From the NCBI GenBank assembly GCA_045580305.1, contig JAZNNQ010000002.1, positions 1,787 to 65,786 of the forward strand: 64,000 bases of DNA. Reading direction: 5' to 3'. The position numbers were made by a program, and so were the translations under genes. Below, piece by piece: positions 25,545 through 35,457 of the stretch; the first letter of the stretch is position 1; the number at the start of each line of letters is the position of its first letter. Under the pieces are notes generated by a model, which did not search any database, was not told where the DNA came from, and worked only from the letters and a program-made list of their open reading frames with translations. This DNA comes from Eubacteriales bacterium (GTDB lineage Bacteria; Bacillota; Clostridia; Oscillospirales; JAAYXM01).

Positions 25545-25750
25545 GGAGGAATTGGTTTTGACCTGACCTTTTCCGCTAAAAGTTCATCAAAAAATCAGGT
25601 AATACGCCGGTATTACCTGATTTTTATTCTTTCTTTTAACGAAAAATTTCTATTTCAAAACTGCAAAGCATCTTAAAACTATCATTTTTTGATACAGAGC
25701 AAACAAAAAATAATGGATAATCCTGTCGGATATTCGATATTTTTTGTGCA
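25545..25750. repeat. ~200-bp interspersed repeat, copy 1 (contains a symmetric terminator hairpin)
   Basis: Aligns by eye with 40775-40975: ..attggttttga..catcaaaaa(t)..ggtaatacgcc(g/a)gtattacc..ttttattctttctttt..tttcaaaactgc..ataatcctg(t/a)cggatat.. Confidence 0.7.
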
Positions 25751-25866
25751 GCTATGTGCTAAAAATGGTGTTTTAAGACAATTTATCCCTAAGTGAAGGT
25801 GCCGTACACGGCGTACTATTAGGGACAGAAAAAGCCTTGAACTTTAAAAGTTCAAGGCTTTTTTTA

Positions 25867-25990
25867 GGCTCCCTCTGACGAGGGAGCTGTTGAGCGGAGA
25901 GCGAAACTGAGGGAGAGATTTTGAAGAATTATTTTCTCTCCTTCCGTCAAAACCTACGGTTTTGCCACCTTCCTCGTCAGAGGAAGGCTA
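25867..25990. repeat. REP-like palindromic repeat cluster (GGCTCCCTCTGAnGAGGGAGC / TCTCCnTCCGTCAAAA types)
   Basis: The same motifs recur at 34252, 49181, 57654-57775 and 58120. Confidence 0.7.
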
Positions 25991-26005
25991 AAAGAAGTAT
26001 ACTTA

Positions 26006-26749
26006 TTAATAAATATCAACCGGGTATAAAATCTTCAGCTGGTTTAAGTGGGAGGCGTATGCCTTCTGCTGCTTATCCTGAAGCACCGACTTCTTAAGCT
26101 GGGGTGCGATCTTCTCATAGGGGATCTCTGACGGCTCGTTCTTAGCCTCGAGCTTAATGAGGTGGTAGCCGAACTGGGTCTTAACCGGCTCGGAAATCGT
26201 ACCGACCTCCATGGAAAATGCAGCCTCCTCAAACTCGGGCACCATCTGACCGCGACCAAACTCACCGAGTGAGCCGCCCTCTTTACCGGAGGGGCAGGTG
26301 GAAAACCGCTTTGCAGCATCCTCGAAAGTGATTTTGCCCGCCTTGATGTCCTCGTAAACCTCTTTGATTTTCGCCTCATCCTCGATTAAAATGTGGCTTG
26401 CGGTAACTGTTTCCGGGGAAACAAACTCAGCCTTGTGCTCCTCATAATAAGCCTTCACATCGGCGTCAGTCACAGTAACCGTGGAAATTGCCTTCTCAAT
26501 TGCGAAATTGGCAAGCATCTCATCCTTAACGGTTGCAAGATCCTGCTGGAAGCGGGAGTCAGCCTCATAGAAATTAGCCTTTGCCTCATTTAAGAAAAGG
26601 TTCTTTGCAATAATCTGCTCAAGTACTGCTTTTTTGCCCTCGGGTGTGTTGTAGCCCGCACCGCGGGGGCCGAGTGCAGCGATGGTTTTGTCGATATCCG
26701 CCTCGGTAATAACGGTGTTACCGACCTTTGCTAAAATTTTACTGTCCAT
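26006..26749 (-). CDS. peptidyl-prolyl cis-trans isomerase, parvulin (PpiC) type
   Basis: 247 aa. SurA-N-like helices followed by a parvulin core (ASHILI..GGSLGEFGRGQMVPEFE..FGYHLIKL). Confidence 0.8.
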   Translation of the reverse strand: MDSKILAKVGNTVITEADIDKTIAALGPRGAGYNTPEGKKAVLEQIIAKNLFLNEAKANFYEADSRFQQDLATVKDEMLANFAIEKAISTVTVTDADVKAYYEEHKAEFVSPETVTASHILIEDEAKIKEVYEDIKAGKITFEDAAKRFSTCPSGKEGGSLGEFGRGQMVPEFEEAAFSMEVGTISEPVKTQFGYHLIKLEAKNEPSEIPYEKIAPQLKKSVLQDKQQKAYASHLNQLKILYPVDIY

Positions 26750-26871
26750 AATTTAATACCTCCAATTGTGAGGTATTATAACACATAAGTCAGCGCATTT
26801 CAATACTCTTGCAATTTGGAATATTTTGTGATAGAATAATTTTATCTGTTAAAAAAAGGAGAAAAGGTATA

Positions 26872-28404
26872 ATGGATATTTTAGCATTCGCATTGTACTT
26901 TGTTGCAATGGTAGTAATCGGCTTGGTTTTCTTTATCAAGTCAAAGAGCGCTACTGAAAAGGACTACTTCCTCGGTGGCCGTGCAATGGGCCCATGGGTA
27001 ACCGCTATGAGCGCCCAGGCATCCGATATGTCCGCTTGGCTTCTTATGGGTCTCCCTGGAAGCATTTTGGCATTCGGCTTCGGTCAGGCTTGGATCGGTA
27101 TCGGTCTTGCTATCGGTACTGCCGCAAACTGGATACTTGTTGCGAGAAGACTTCGTAAGTTCTCCCGCGCTGCAGGGGATTCCATCACGCTTCCCCAGTA
27201 TCTTACCAACCGTTTCGCATCCAAGAGTCGTGCGGTTTCTGTAATTTGCGCTATCGTGTTCCTTGTATGCTTTACAATTTATGTAGCATCAGCCTTCGTT
27301 GCAGGTGCAGATGTGTTTACAACACTTATCCCCGAGCTTGATTATCAGCTTGCTATGATCATCTTTGCGGCAATCGTTGTAATTTACACCTTCCTTGGCG
27401 GCTTTAAGGCGGTTTGCTGGACCGACTTCTTCCAGGGCCTTCTTATGATCGCGGCGCTCCTTATCGTGCCCATCGTTGTAGGCTTTGTTAAGGATCTTGA
27501 CTTATCAGCACTCAACACCATCTACCACGGCCCGAACGGTGAGGAGTTTAAGTTCGTTGCAAACTTCTTCAATGCAACTCCTCAGGACATTATTTCCGGT
27601 CTCGGCTGGGGTCTCGGATACTTCGGTATGCCCCACATTATCGTTCGCTTTATGGCAATTGAGAAGCCCTCTATGGTTAAGAAGAGCGCGACCGTTGCTA
27701 TCATCTGGGTAGTACTTGCACTTGCTGCTACCATCTTAATCGGCTACCTTGGCAGAATGTTTGTCTATGCTGACGGTACCGATCTTTCCGCAAAATTACT
27801 TGCTGAGGGTGCACAGTCTCTCATTTTCGTAGAGCTCGCCCGTGATGTATTCCCCGGCTTTATTGCAGGACTTCTCCTTGCTGCTATCATCGCGGCAAGT
27901 ATGTCAACCGCTGACTCTCAGCTCCTTGTTGCGGCGTCTTCCTTCTCTTCTGACCTTTACAAGCCTATGATCAGAAAGAACGCGTCCAATAAGGAAATGC
28001 TCTGGGTAAGCCGTATTATCGTTGTTGTTATCGCTGTAGTAGCGTTCTTTATCGCGTCAAGCGAGGGCGAGGCTGCTCAGGCGATTATGAACCTTGTATC
28101 CAATGCTTGGGGTATCTTCGGTGCCGCATTCGGCCCTGTAGTTCTGTTCTCCCTTTTCTGGAAGCGCTTTACCTACAAGGGCGCTGTTGCAGGTATTATC
28201 ACCGGTGCTGTGGTCGATATGCTCTGGCTGTGGTTACCCGTTGCAGGAAGCACCCTTACCGCAATTACCGGTATCTACGAGATCATCCCGGGCTTTATCC
28301 TCGGCGCTGTTGCCGCTGTCGTTGCAACCTTAATTGACAAGAAGCCGTCTGCTGAGGTTCTTGCTATTTACGAGTCTGCAACAGACAACTCAATCGACGA
28401 TTAG
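26872..28404 (+). CDS. putP: sodium:proline symporter (SSS family)
   Basis: ATG 26872 follows AAGGAG. DYFLGGRAMGPWVTAMSAQASDMSAWLLMGLPG matches the PutP N-terminal signature. Multi-TM. Confidence 0.85.
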   Translation: MDILAFALYFVAMVVIGLVFFIKSKSATEKDYFLGGRAMGPWVTAMSAQASDMSAWLLMGLPGSILAFGFGQAWIGIGLAIGTAANWILVARRLRKFSRAAGDSITLPQYLTNRFASKSRAVSVICAIVFLVCFTIYVASAFVAGADVFTTLIPELDYQLAMIIFAAIVVIYTFLGGFKAVCWTDFFQGLLMIAALLIVPIVVGFVKDLDLSALNTIYHGPNGEEFKFVANFFNATPQDIISGLGWGLGYFGMPHIIVRFMAIEKPSMVKKSATVAIIWVVLALAATILIGYLGRMFVYADGTDLSAKLLAEGAQSLIFVELARDVFPGFIAGLLLAAIIAASMSTADSQLLVAASSFSSDLYKPMIRKNASNKEMLWVSRIIVVVIAVVAFFIASSEGEAAQAIMNLVSNAWGIFGAAFGPVVLFSLFWKRFTYKGAVAGIITGAVVDMLWLWLPVAGSTLTAITGIYEIIPGFILGAVAAVVATLIDKKPSAEVLAIYESATDNSIDD

Positions 28405-28571
28405 CGTCAAAGCAAAGGAAGCGGTTCTCCGTTTCCGCTAAAAAGCGAAAACTGCGATTACTTCCTTGCTTCTCCTTTTTCAAAACAAACCCACTGCGTT
28501 GGGCTTTGTTTTGAGGGGCGAATAAAAATTCGCCCTATTACAATTTAATATCGTATCTTAACAGTGTGTCG

Positions 28572-28745
28572 GCTATATTGCATAAGATATAGTCGGTGAA
28601 AAGGGAACACGGTGAGAACCCGTGACGATAACCGTCGCTGTATGTGTTTTGCTTATGCCCGTCGGCGAAAGCCGGTCATTGGGAAACTGAGAAGGCAGGG
28701 TGTAAGCGCTAAGGCACGAGCCAGAAGACCTGCATTGATATTCTA
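28572..28745 (+). promoter_or_regulatory. cobalamin (B12) riboswitch aptamer
   Basis: Conserved blocks aagggaacacggtgagaacccgtgac, ..ccgtcgctgt.., gggaaactgagaaggc and the B12-box-like gagccagaagacctgc. Confidence 0.8.
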
Positions 28746-28816
28746 CCGTACTTGTACCTTGTACATAGGTAGGATAGCGGGACTTCTGCGCCCTAAATAA
28801 GATAATCACAGGAAAA

Positions 28817-28862
28817 CTCGGCTGTGGTAGAACTTTATGTTTTACCACAGCCGTTTTTTTAT
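28817..28862 (+). terminator. riboswitch expression-platform terminator
   Basis: cggctgtggta..taccacagccg stem followed by TTTTTTT, 43 nt before the regulated ATG. Confidence 0.8.
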
Positions 28863-28904
28863 ATTTATCCAAGCCAACCGGCTTAAGAAAGGTCGTAGAA
28901 GAAA

Positions 28905-31133
28905 ATGTTAAAAAGAATAGTTTCACTAATGATGTGTATGGTTCTTATAGTCGGAATCATACCGATTTGTGCCAAGGCAACCGATGCGGTTACCGTTTCG
29001 GTGTCATTTAGCATAAATGGCACCCTTGAAGCGGACAAATACGGCGAGATAATCGCAAACCGCGAGATAGAGCTTTCGGGTAAAGAGAGTTACACCGCAA
29101 ATGACGCCCTTCATGCGCTCCACACCTTATATCATCCCGATGGCGAGGAGGCTTACGGAACAGATGTTTCCACCTCCGACTGGGGCACATACTCCTACAT
29201 AACAAAACTTTGGGGCGACAATAGCGGCAAATTCGGCTACCAGGTAAACGGCGGCGAGGTAAGCACAACCTTAGATACCCCAATGGGTGACGGGGATACG
29301 CTGGATGTGTGTATCTATGAAAATTACTACCCCGACACCGAGGATTACACAAAATTCGATATAAGATACGCCGAGGTGATTGAGGGCGAGAGCGTGTATT
29401 TAACCCTAAGCTATTGCAGCGGTTATGATGATAACACCTTTGCTATGATTTTCTCACCCCTTGAAGGCGCTACCATCACCATCGACGGTGAGAAAACCGA
29501 TATTGTGACCGATGCAGACGGCAGAGCGGAGATAACAGTAGAGGATGCAGGGAACTACATCATCTCGGCCGCTATGACAAAAACCTTAGCGGGAGAAAAC
29601 CCGAAGGTTGTTGGTGCAATCACCGCGCCCGCGTGCACACTTAAAGTAACTATGCGCCCTGAAAATGCGCTACTTCACGGCATTGCAGGTGCATATTTAG
29701 ACGACGGGGTGCTTGATAGCGGCTCAAACCTTCCTTGGATAGTGGCAGACCTTGCGGTATATGCCGAGCTTTACCCGAACGGTAAAAATGTGTTTGGCAA
29801 AAATCTCCGTCAGGCGTGCCTTGATAAGCTTATAAGCAATGCAGCCACTATGAACTCCCCCGGAGACCTTGCAAAGACGATTATTGCACTGTCTGCTCTG
29901 GGATATGATGCGAGTGCGGTTTATACCTCGAGCGGTGCGGAGCTTAAATTAGTTGAAAAATTAATCGCTCTTGTGGATGCACAAAGTGAAGATGTAACCA
30001 ATATGTACACCCTTCCTTATGTGATTATCGCGCTGGGCGCGGGGGACTATGCAACCCATGCACAAATGGAGTACCTTGTAAATTCCGCGATAAGCACCAA
30101 AGCGGACTGGTTAAAGGTAGAGGATATGGGCACCGACGCCATGACACCTATGATTCTTGCCCTTGCGCCATATGACGCGGCAAAGGACGCAATAGACGAG
30201 GCGGTTACCGTGCTTCTCGGTGAACAGCGTGAGGACGGACTTATTGACGGCTTGCCCGGCTATGAAAGCGCATCCACAGCCCTTGCAATTTGTGCGCTTT
30301 CCGCTCTGGATTATGATGTAACCGAGATTACAAAGGGCGGGGACAGCCTTATGGCGGGACTTATCTCTGATGCCAATGAAGATATGACTGCGCTCAGCAA
30401 CGCCTTTGCAACCGAGCAGGGTTTCCGCGCACTTTTAGCTTGGAAAATGCAGGGCGAGGGCGTGTACGATTTTTCGGATTTCCCCAAGGATGAAGCCCAC
30501 GCAACCCGAGTAGCCATCGGTGGCGGCGGTGGTGGCGGCACCACAAAGCCGGTAGTGCCCGAAGAAGAACCGGAGGAAATTCCCGAGGAGGTGCCCGCAA
30601 TTTCCTTCCCGGATGTAAAAGAGGGCGACTGGTACTATGATGCGGTTTCCTTCGTTTGCAATGAAGGCCTTTTCAATGGTACCGGTAACGGCTTTGAGCC
30701 GAACGGCAAAATGACCCGAGCAATGCTTGTGACCGTGCTGTATCGCTTAGGCGGTGAGCAGACCGCAGAGGCAAGCGCCTTTGACGATGTGAAAGCGGGG
30801 GACTGGTATTTTGACGCGGTAAATTGGGCGGCATCAAAGGGCATTGTAAAGGGTGTTAATGAATATGCCTTCGCGCCCAATGAAAGCGTAACAAGAGAAC
30901 AGCTTGCCACTATTTTATACCGCTTTGCGGCATCAAAGGGCGAGGATACAGAGGGTAGTGACATAAGCACCTTTGCGGATGCAGATACCGTGTCCTCTTA
31001 TGCAATCGACGCTATTTCCTTTGCGGTTGCCCGCGGTATTGTGACCGGTAAGGGTGAGGGCATTCTCGCGCCTCGTGACACCGCAACCAGAGCCGAGGTC
31101 GCAACAATGCTTATGAGGTATACTTCCAAATGA
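28905..31133 (+). CDS. cell-surface protein: signal peptide, DUF4430 (transcobalamin-like) domain, alpha/alpha-toroid (prenyltransferase-like) region, three SLH domains
   Basis: 742 aa. N-terminal signal. DUF4430-like ..YQVNGGEV..DGDTLDVCIYE. Gly run GGGGGG. Three SLH repeats (FPDVKEGDWYYDAV.., FDDVKAGDWYFDAV.., FADADTVSSYAIDAI..). Confidence 0.7.
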   Translation: MLKRIVSLMMCMVLIVGIIPICAKATDAVTVSVSFSINGTLEADKYGEIIANREIELSGKESYTANDALHALHTLYHPDGEEAYGTDVSTSDWGTYSYITKLWGDNSGKFGYQVNGGEVSTTLDTPMGDGDTLDVCIYENYYPDTEDYTKFDIRYAEVIEGESVYLTLSYCSGYDDNTFAMIFSPLEGATITIDGEKTDIVTDADGRAEITVEDAGNYIISAAMTKTLAGENPKVVGAITAPACTLKVTMRPENALLHGIAGAYLDDGVLDSGSNLPWIVADLAVYAELYPNGKNVFGKNLRQACLDKLISNAATMNSPGDLAKTIIALSALGYDASAVYTSSGAELKLVEKLIALVDAQSEDVTNMYTLPYVIIALGAGDYATHAQMEYLVNSAISTKADWLKVEDMGTDAMTPMILALAPYDAAKDAIDEAVTVLLGEQREDGLIDGLPGYESASTALAICALSALDYDVTEITKGGDSLMAGLISDANEDMTALSNAFATEQGFRALLAWKMQGEGVYDFSDFPKDEAHATRVAIGGGGGGGTTKPVVPEEEPEEIPEEVPAISFPDVKEGDWYYDAVSFVCNEGLFNGTGNGFEPNGKMTRAMLVTVLYRLGGEQTAEASAFDDVKAGDWYFDAVNWAASKGIVKGVNEYAFAPNESVTREQLATILYRFAASKGEDTEGSDISTFADADTVSSYAIDAISFAVARGIVTGKGEGILAPRDTATRAEVATMLMRYTSK

Positions 31134-31729
31134 GAAGGATAATATTATGTTTTCTCAGCTTAATACTCCTTTGCGCCTGCGGTGCGCCCGAGGTGGTACC
31201 CGAGCCACCGGTTAAGGTTGTTGAGCAGGAGGTTGAAGAAATTCTTAAGGCAGCAAAGCCTGCCCCCGAGGTGCTTGAACCTGCCCCACAAGCGGCGGTA
31301 AAGGAAGATCCCCCCAAAGCAGAAGAGCCGATTACACCGCCGGAAACCAAACCCGAGAAAGCGCCCGAGGAAGAGGAAGAAAAACCCCTTTGCACACTGT
31401 CGATAACCTGCGAAAAGGCGGTAGGTAAAAAGGAAAACCTGCCCGAGAACGGCGTTTTATTAAATGCCGTAACCGTAGAATTTACCGAGGGTGAAAGCGT
31501 TTTCGATGTGCTTAAAAGATGCCTTGCGGAAAAGGGTATTGCTCTTGAATACCGCGAGGATGCGACTTTTAAATCTATCTATATCGTTTCGATCGGCCCT
31601 CTTTCGGAAAAGGACTGCGGCGCATATTCCGGCTGGATGTATAAGGTAAACGGTACACCACCTACCTATGCTTCCTCGGAATATAAACTAAAAGATGGCG
31701 ATGTTATAGAGTTTTATTACAGCTGTTAG
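31130..31729 (+). CDS. lipoprotein with Pro/Glu-rich linker and C-terminal DUF4430 (B12-binding-like) domain
   Basis: 199 aa. Lipobox LLCACG. C-terminus SGWMYKVNGTPP..LKDGDVIEFYYS. 4-nt overlap with the upstream gene. Confidence 0.7.
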   Translation: MRRIILCFLSLILLCACGAPEVVPEPPVKVVEQEVEEILKAAKPAPEVLEPAPQAAVKEDPPKAEEPITPPETKPEKAPEEEEEKPLCTLSITCEKAVGKKENLPENGVLLNAVTVEFTEGESVFDVLKRCLAEKGIALEYREDATFKSIYIVSIGPLSEKDCGAYSGWMYKVNGTPPTYASSEYKLKDGDVIEFYYSC

Positions 31730-31741
31730 AAACCTCTGTAG

Positions 31742-31818
31742 GGGTCGATGCCCTCATCGACCCGAAATAAAGCCTTCCCCTTGAGGGGAAGGGGAACCGC
31801 TTTAGCGGTGGATGAGGT
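31742..31818. repeat. REP-like double-hairpin repeat (GGGGTCG..CGACCC and CCTTCCCCTnGAGGGGAAGGGGnACCGCnnnGCGGTGGATGAG types)
   Basis: The second type recurs nearly verbatim at 36979-37027 and 63205-63250. Confidence 0.7.
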
Positions 31819-31819
31819 A

Positions 31820-31856
31820 AAAAATACCCCCTATGGATTTCCATAGGGGGATATTT
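31820..31856. terminator. bidirectional terminator between convergent genes
   Basis: aaaaataccccctatgg-attt-ccatagggggatatttt. Confidence 0.75.
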
Positions 31857-31862
31857 TATGTA

Positions 31863-32924
31863 TTAGTCGCAGTAAACAATAGGCTTAATGAGGTCTCTCG
31901 GTTTGTCCTTCATAAGCTGAAGTGCTTCGCCCATCTTGTCAAAGCCGTGGAACTCGTGAGTGATCATACGGGACGGATCAAGACGGTCAGCCATAAGCAT
32001 ATTGGTAAGGCGCTCAGCACGGCGTCTGCCACCCGGGCAAAGACCGCCGCGAATGGTCTTATGACCCATAAAGCCGCCGCTGATGGACATATAGTCAAAC
32101 TTAAACTCAGCAACGCCGGTAATTACATTGAGGTTAACCATGCTGCCACCGCAACGGGTAACAGCCATAGCCTGAGCGAGAGTCTTGTCATCGCCGCCTG
32201 CAACGATAGCAGCGTCAACACCGCGACCGTTGGTGAGAGCCATAATCTGCTCTACTAAATCGCCGTCCTTGTAGGAAACGATGTCGGTTGCGCCGTACTC
32301 TTTAGCGAGAGCAACACAGTTGGGACGGGTACCAACAGCGATAATCTGACCTGCACCCATAAGCTTAGAACCTGCAACAGCCATAAGACCGACAGGGCCG
32401 ATACCGAATACAACAACGGAGTCGCCGTAGCGAACCTCGGCAAGCTCGGAGCCGTGGAAGCCGGTGGTCATCATATCAACAACCATAATAGCCTTCTTGA
32501 TGTCTAAGCCTTCGGGCAGGTGGCATAAGTTCATATCAGCGGAGCGGACCTTGAACTTTTCAGCCATAGTGCCGTCCTCATAGTTTGAGAAGTTGATGCC
32601 TGCGAACATTCCGCCTGCATCCCAGGGATCGCCGTCCTGAATGTCAGGATGCTTCCAGGTGGGGGTGGTACAGGGGACGATTACCTTGTCGCCAACCTTA
32701 AAATCGGTTACATTAGCGCCAACCTCAATAACCTCACCGATAGCCTCGTGGCCTAAAGTGATGTCCTTAAGATGGGGACCGTCCATTTCCCAAGCGGTAT
32801 GTACATCGGAAGAACAGGGGCAAAGTGCGATAGGTTTACAAATTGCGTCGTCGGGCCCGCAGATAGGATCGGGCTTTTCCATCCAACCTACAACACCCAT
32901 TTCGTGTCTTACATAAGCTTTCAT
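31863..32924 (-). CDS. adh: zinc-dependent NAD(P)-dependent (secondary) alcohol dehydrogenase
   Basis: 353 aa. The N-terminus ..VGWMEKPDPICGPDDAICKPIALCPCSSDVHT resembles Thermoanaerobacter/Clostridium secondary ADHs. GxGxxG motif VVVFGIGPVG. Confidence 0.8.
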   Translation of the reverse strand: MKAYVRHEMGVVGWMEKPDPICGPDDAICKPIALCPCSSDVHTAWEMDGPHLKDITLGHEAIGEVIEVGANVTDFKVGDKVIVPCTTPTWKHPDIQDGDPWDAGGMFAGINFSNYEDGTMAEKFKVRSADMNLCHLPEGLDIKKAIMVVDMMTTGFHGSELAEVRYGDSVVVFGIGPVGLMAVAGSKLMGAGQIIAVGTRPNCVALAKEYGATDIVSYKDGDLVEQIMALTNGRGVDAAIVAGGDDKTLAQAMAVTRCGGSMVNLNVITGVAEFKFDYMSISGGFMGHKTIRGGLCPGGRRRAERLTNMLMADRLDPSRMITHEFHGFDKMGEALQLMKDKPRDLIKPIVYCD

Positions 32925-33063
32925 GGGATATACCTCCTAAGTAAAATATTAACTTAATTTGTATTATATCATAGATTATGGCCGAAAACAAGGCTTTTTT
33001 GAAAACAAAAACCAGTTAAAATTACGGGGTTGAATTTAGGGGCGAAAGTGTATATACTTTTAT

Positions 33064-34248
33064 ATGGAAAGGGGCGTGAAAGCCTTGAATTTCAAACCGC
33101 TTGAAGCATTGATGGATCACCTTACATCCTGGCGCATCCCGGGCAATTCCGTTGTGATTACCCTGAATAACAAAGAGGTTTTTTCATATTCCTCGGGCTA
33201 TGCATCCCTTGAAGAAAAAATCCCGATGGACAGGGATAAGATTATAAATATTTACTCATCCAGTAAGGTGCTCACCGCCACCGCAGGTATGCAGCTGGTT
33301 GAAAAAGGGCTTTTAGACCTTGATGCACCCCTTTACGACTACATTCCCGAATACAGGGAAATGTACTTAACTAATGGCGAAAAAGCCAAAAAACCAATTA
33401 CCATACGCCATCTTTTCACAATGACCGCGGGCTTCCACTATGACAGAAATGTAGAGGCGTTTAAAAAGTCCCGCGTGGAAACAGAGGGCAGGATGGAAAC
33501 CCTTAAGGTTATCCGCAATCTTGCAAAAGAGCCGCTTATGAGTGATCCGGGCGAGCGTTACCGCTACAGCTTCTGCCACGATGTATTGGCGGCGGTAATT
33601 GAGGTAATCTCGGGTAAAAAATACCGTGATTATGTTAAAGAAAATATTTACGCACCCCTCGATATGCAAAGGTCGTTTTTCCACAATGACGATATCCGCC
33701 ACCTTATGGCGGAGCAATACCTCTATGAAAATTCTGATGAAAAGGACATTGTAAAGCTCCAGAACGATGAAAGAAACGGAAAAGACGGCAAAATTGTAAA
33801 TGTGGGCAAGGAGGTCGGCCTTATTTTCGGCCCTGAGTACGACTCCGGCGGCGCGGGAGTAATAACCACGGTTTCCGACTACTCTAAATTCACCTCAGCC
33901 CTTGCAAATTGGGGTGTTGGGCAGGATGGAGAGCGGATATTGAATAAGGCTTCCGTTGAGCTTTTAAGAACGCCGCAGCTTCCCCATACCCATCTTTATA
34001 CATATCATCCCCATCCGCCTCTTTTGGGCTATGCCTACGGTCTGGGTGTGCGGGTAATGGAGGATTTAGCTCTTGCAAAATCAAAGGGCAGGATAGGGGA
34101 GTTTGGCTGGAACGGCGCGGCGGGATCGGCGGTAATAATCGACCCTGAAATCGGACTTTCCGTGTTCTACGCCCACCATATGATAAACCCACAGGAGGAG
34201 TATTTTATGCCACGCCTCCGCAACACGGTGTACGACTGCTTGAAATAG
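33064..34248 (+). CDS. serine hydrolase, beta-lactamase/PBP4*-like family
   Basis: 394 aa. SxxK motif YSSSKVLTA. Start codon uncertain. Confidence 0.65.
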   Translation: MERGVKALNFKPLEALMDHLTSWRIPGNSVVITLNNKEVFSYSSGYASLEEKIPMDRDKIINIYSSSKVLTATAGMQLVEKGLLDLDAPLYDYIPEYREMYLTNGEKAKKPITIRHLFTMTAGFHYDRNVEAFKKSRVETEGRMETLKVIRNLAKEPLMSDPGERYRYSFCHDVLAAVIEVISGKKYRDYVKENIYAPLDMQRSFFHNDDIRHLMAEQYLYENSDEKDIVKLQNDERNGKDGKIVNVGKEVGLIFGPEYDSGGAGVITTVSDYSKFTSALANWGVGQDGERILNKASVELLRTPQLPHTHLYTYHPHPPLLGYAYGLGVRVMEDLALAKSKGRIGEFGWNGAAGSAVIIDPEIGLSVFYAHHMINPQEEYFMPRLRNTVYDCLK

Positions 34249-34251
34249 AAA

Positions 34252-34492
34252 AAGCCTCCCTCTGATTGAGGGAAGCGATGGGAGCGCCGCCGGTGGCGGA
34301 TGAAGAGACCTGAGCGCGTAGCAGCGGTCGAAATTTTGTGAGGCTTTACGCCGAACTAAAAATTTCGGGCACCGCAATAGAAGTACCGATATTTTGTCAC
34401 CGCAGGTGACGGAGGGAGAGATAACCAAAACTAAATTCTATCCCCTCCGCCTCACTACCGTTCAGCACCTCCACTTACTATAAGGAGAGGCC
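34252..34492. repeat. REP-like repeat cluster
   Basis: gcctccctctgattgagggaagc, ..cggtggcggatgaag.., gacggagggagag, and ccctccgcctcac..cacctccac. Confidence 0.6.
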
Positions 34493-34512
34493 TGCTATAA
34501 AGGAGTAAATTT

Positions 34513-35430
34513 ATGGTAACACAGCTTTTAATATATAAAATCGCCCAGCTTGCAATTATGATGGCAATCGGCTTTGCGCTGGTTAAATTCAAGGTGCTGA
34601 AAAGCGGGGACAGCGTGGTGCTGTCCAAAATGTCGCTGTATATTTTTATGCCGGCGGTAATTGTAAACGCCTTTAATAAAGAGCTTACCGCTGAGGTAAT
34701 GGAGGGGCTCGGCCTTGCATTTTTAGCGGCCATCGTGCTGCACATTGTATTCCTGCTCATCGATCAGGTTTGTAAGCGGGCGTTAAAGTGCACCACCGTT
34801 GAGCGAACATCTGTAGTGTACTCCAATTCGGGAAACCTTATCATCCCTATTGTGGGCTACATTTTAGGTAATGAATGGGTAATTTACAGCTGCGCCTTTT
34901 TGATTATCGCGCTGATTCTTACATGGACACACGAGGTGCGCCTATTCAATAAACACGAAAAATTCAATATACTGAAAATCCTCTTGAATGTGAATATGCT
35001 CACCATTCTTCTCTGCCTTGCAATAGTTGCATTCGGCATAAAGCTCCCCGCCTTCTGCTATGAGATAACCGGGGATCTGGGCAATATGCTTGCACCTTCC
35101 GCAATGCTTGTTGCGGGAATGCTGGCGGCGAATATCGACTTTAAGAAATACCTTAAAAAGGGCAGGCTGTATCTGGTTACCTTCTGCCGCCTTGTAGCAG
35201 TGCCTGCGGTTATTCTGGTGCTGTTTAAAATAGCGATGCCCTATATAAGCGTGGCAAATGCAGATAAAATCCTGCTTATTTCCTTTTTAGCAAGCATAAC
35301 ACCCTCCGCATCCACGGTAATACAGATGTCACAGGTATACGGTGACGATGTGGAATACGCGGTTGCAATAAACTTTATGACCACCGCTTTGTGTATAATT
35401 ACAATGCCGATTTTAGTGGCGTTGTTTTAA
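34513..35430 (+). CDS. AEC (auxin efflux carrier) family transporter
   Basis: 305 aa, multi-TM, AEC-like N-terminus. Confidence 0.7.
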   Translation: MVTQLLIYKIAQLAIMMAIGFALVKFKVLKSGDSVVLSKMSLYIFMPAVIVNAFNKELTAEVMEGLGLAFLAAIVLHIVFLLIDQVCKRALKCTTVERTSVVYSNSGNLIIPIVGYILGNEWVIYSCAFLIIALILTWTHEVRLFNKHEKFNILKILLNVNMLTILLCLAIVAFGIKLPAFCYEITGDLGNMLAPSAMLVAGMLAANIDFKKYLKKGRLYLVTFCRLVAVPAVILVLFKIAMPYISVANADKILLISFLASITPSASTVIQMSQVYGDDVEYAVAINFMTTALCIITMPILVALF

Positions 35431-35457
35431 TAAAAGGACAGAAGGAGGCATTAATTT

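Noticed and set aside
25867-25990. REP-like repeat clusters considered as CRISPR arrays.
   Set aside because: The repeats are palindromic, of several types and irregularly spaced, with at most 2-3 per site. No cas genes are present. This is not CRISPR architecture.
28573-28926. ORFs 28573-28926 (-) and 28612-28800 (+).
   Set aside because: Both coincide with the cobalamin riboswitch and its terminator, so they are non-coding.
31833-32258. 141-aa + strand ORF, plus 32641-32916 and 32772-32957.
   Set aside because: They are antisense to the well-supported alcohol dehydrogenase gene and have no RBS.
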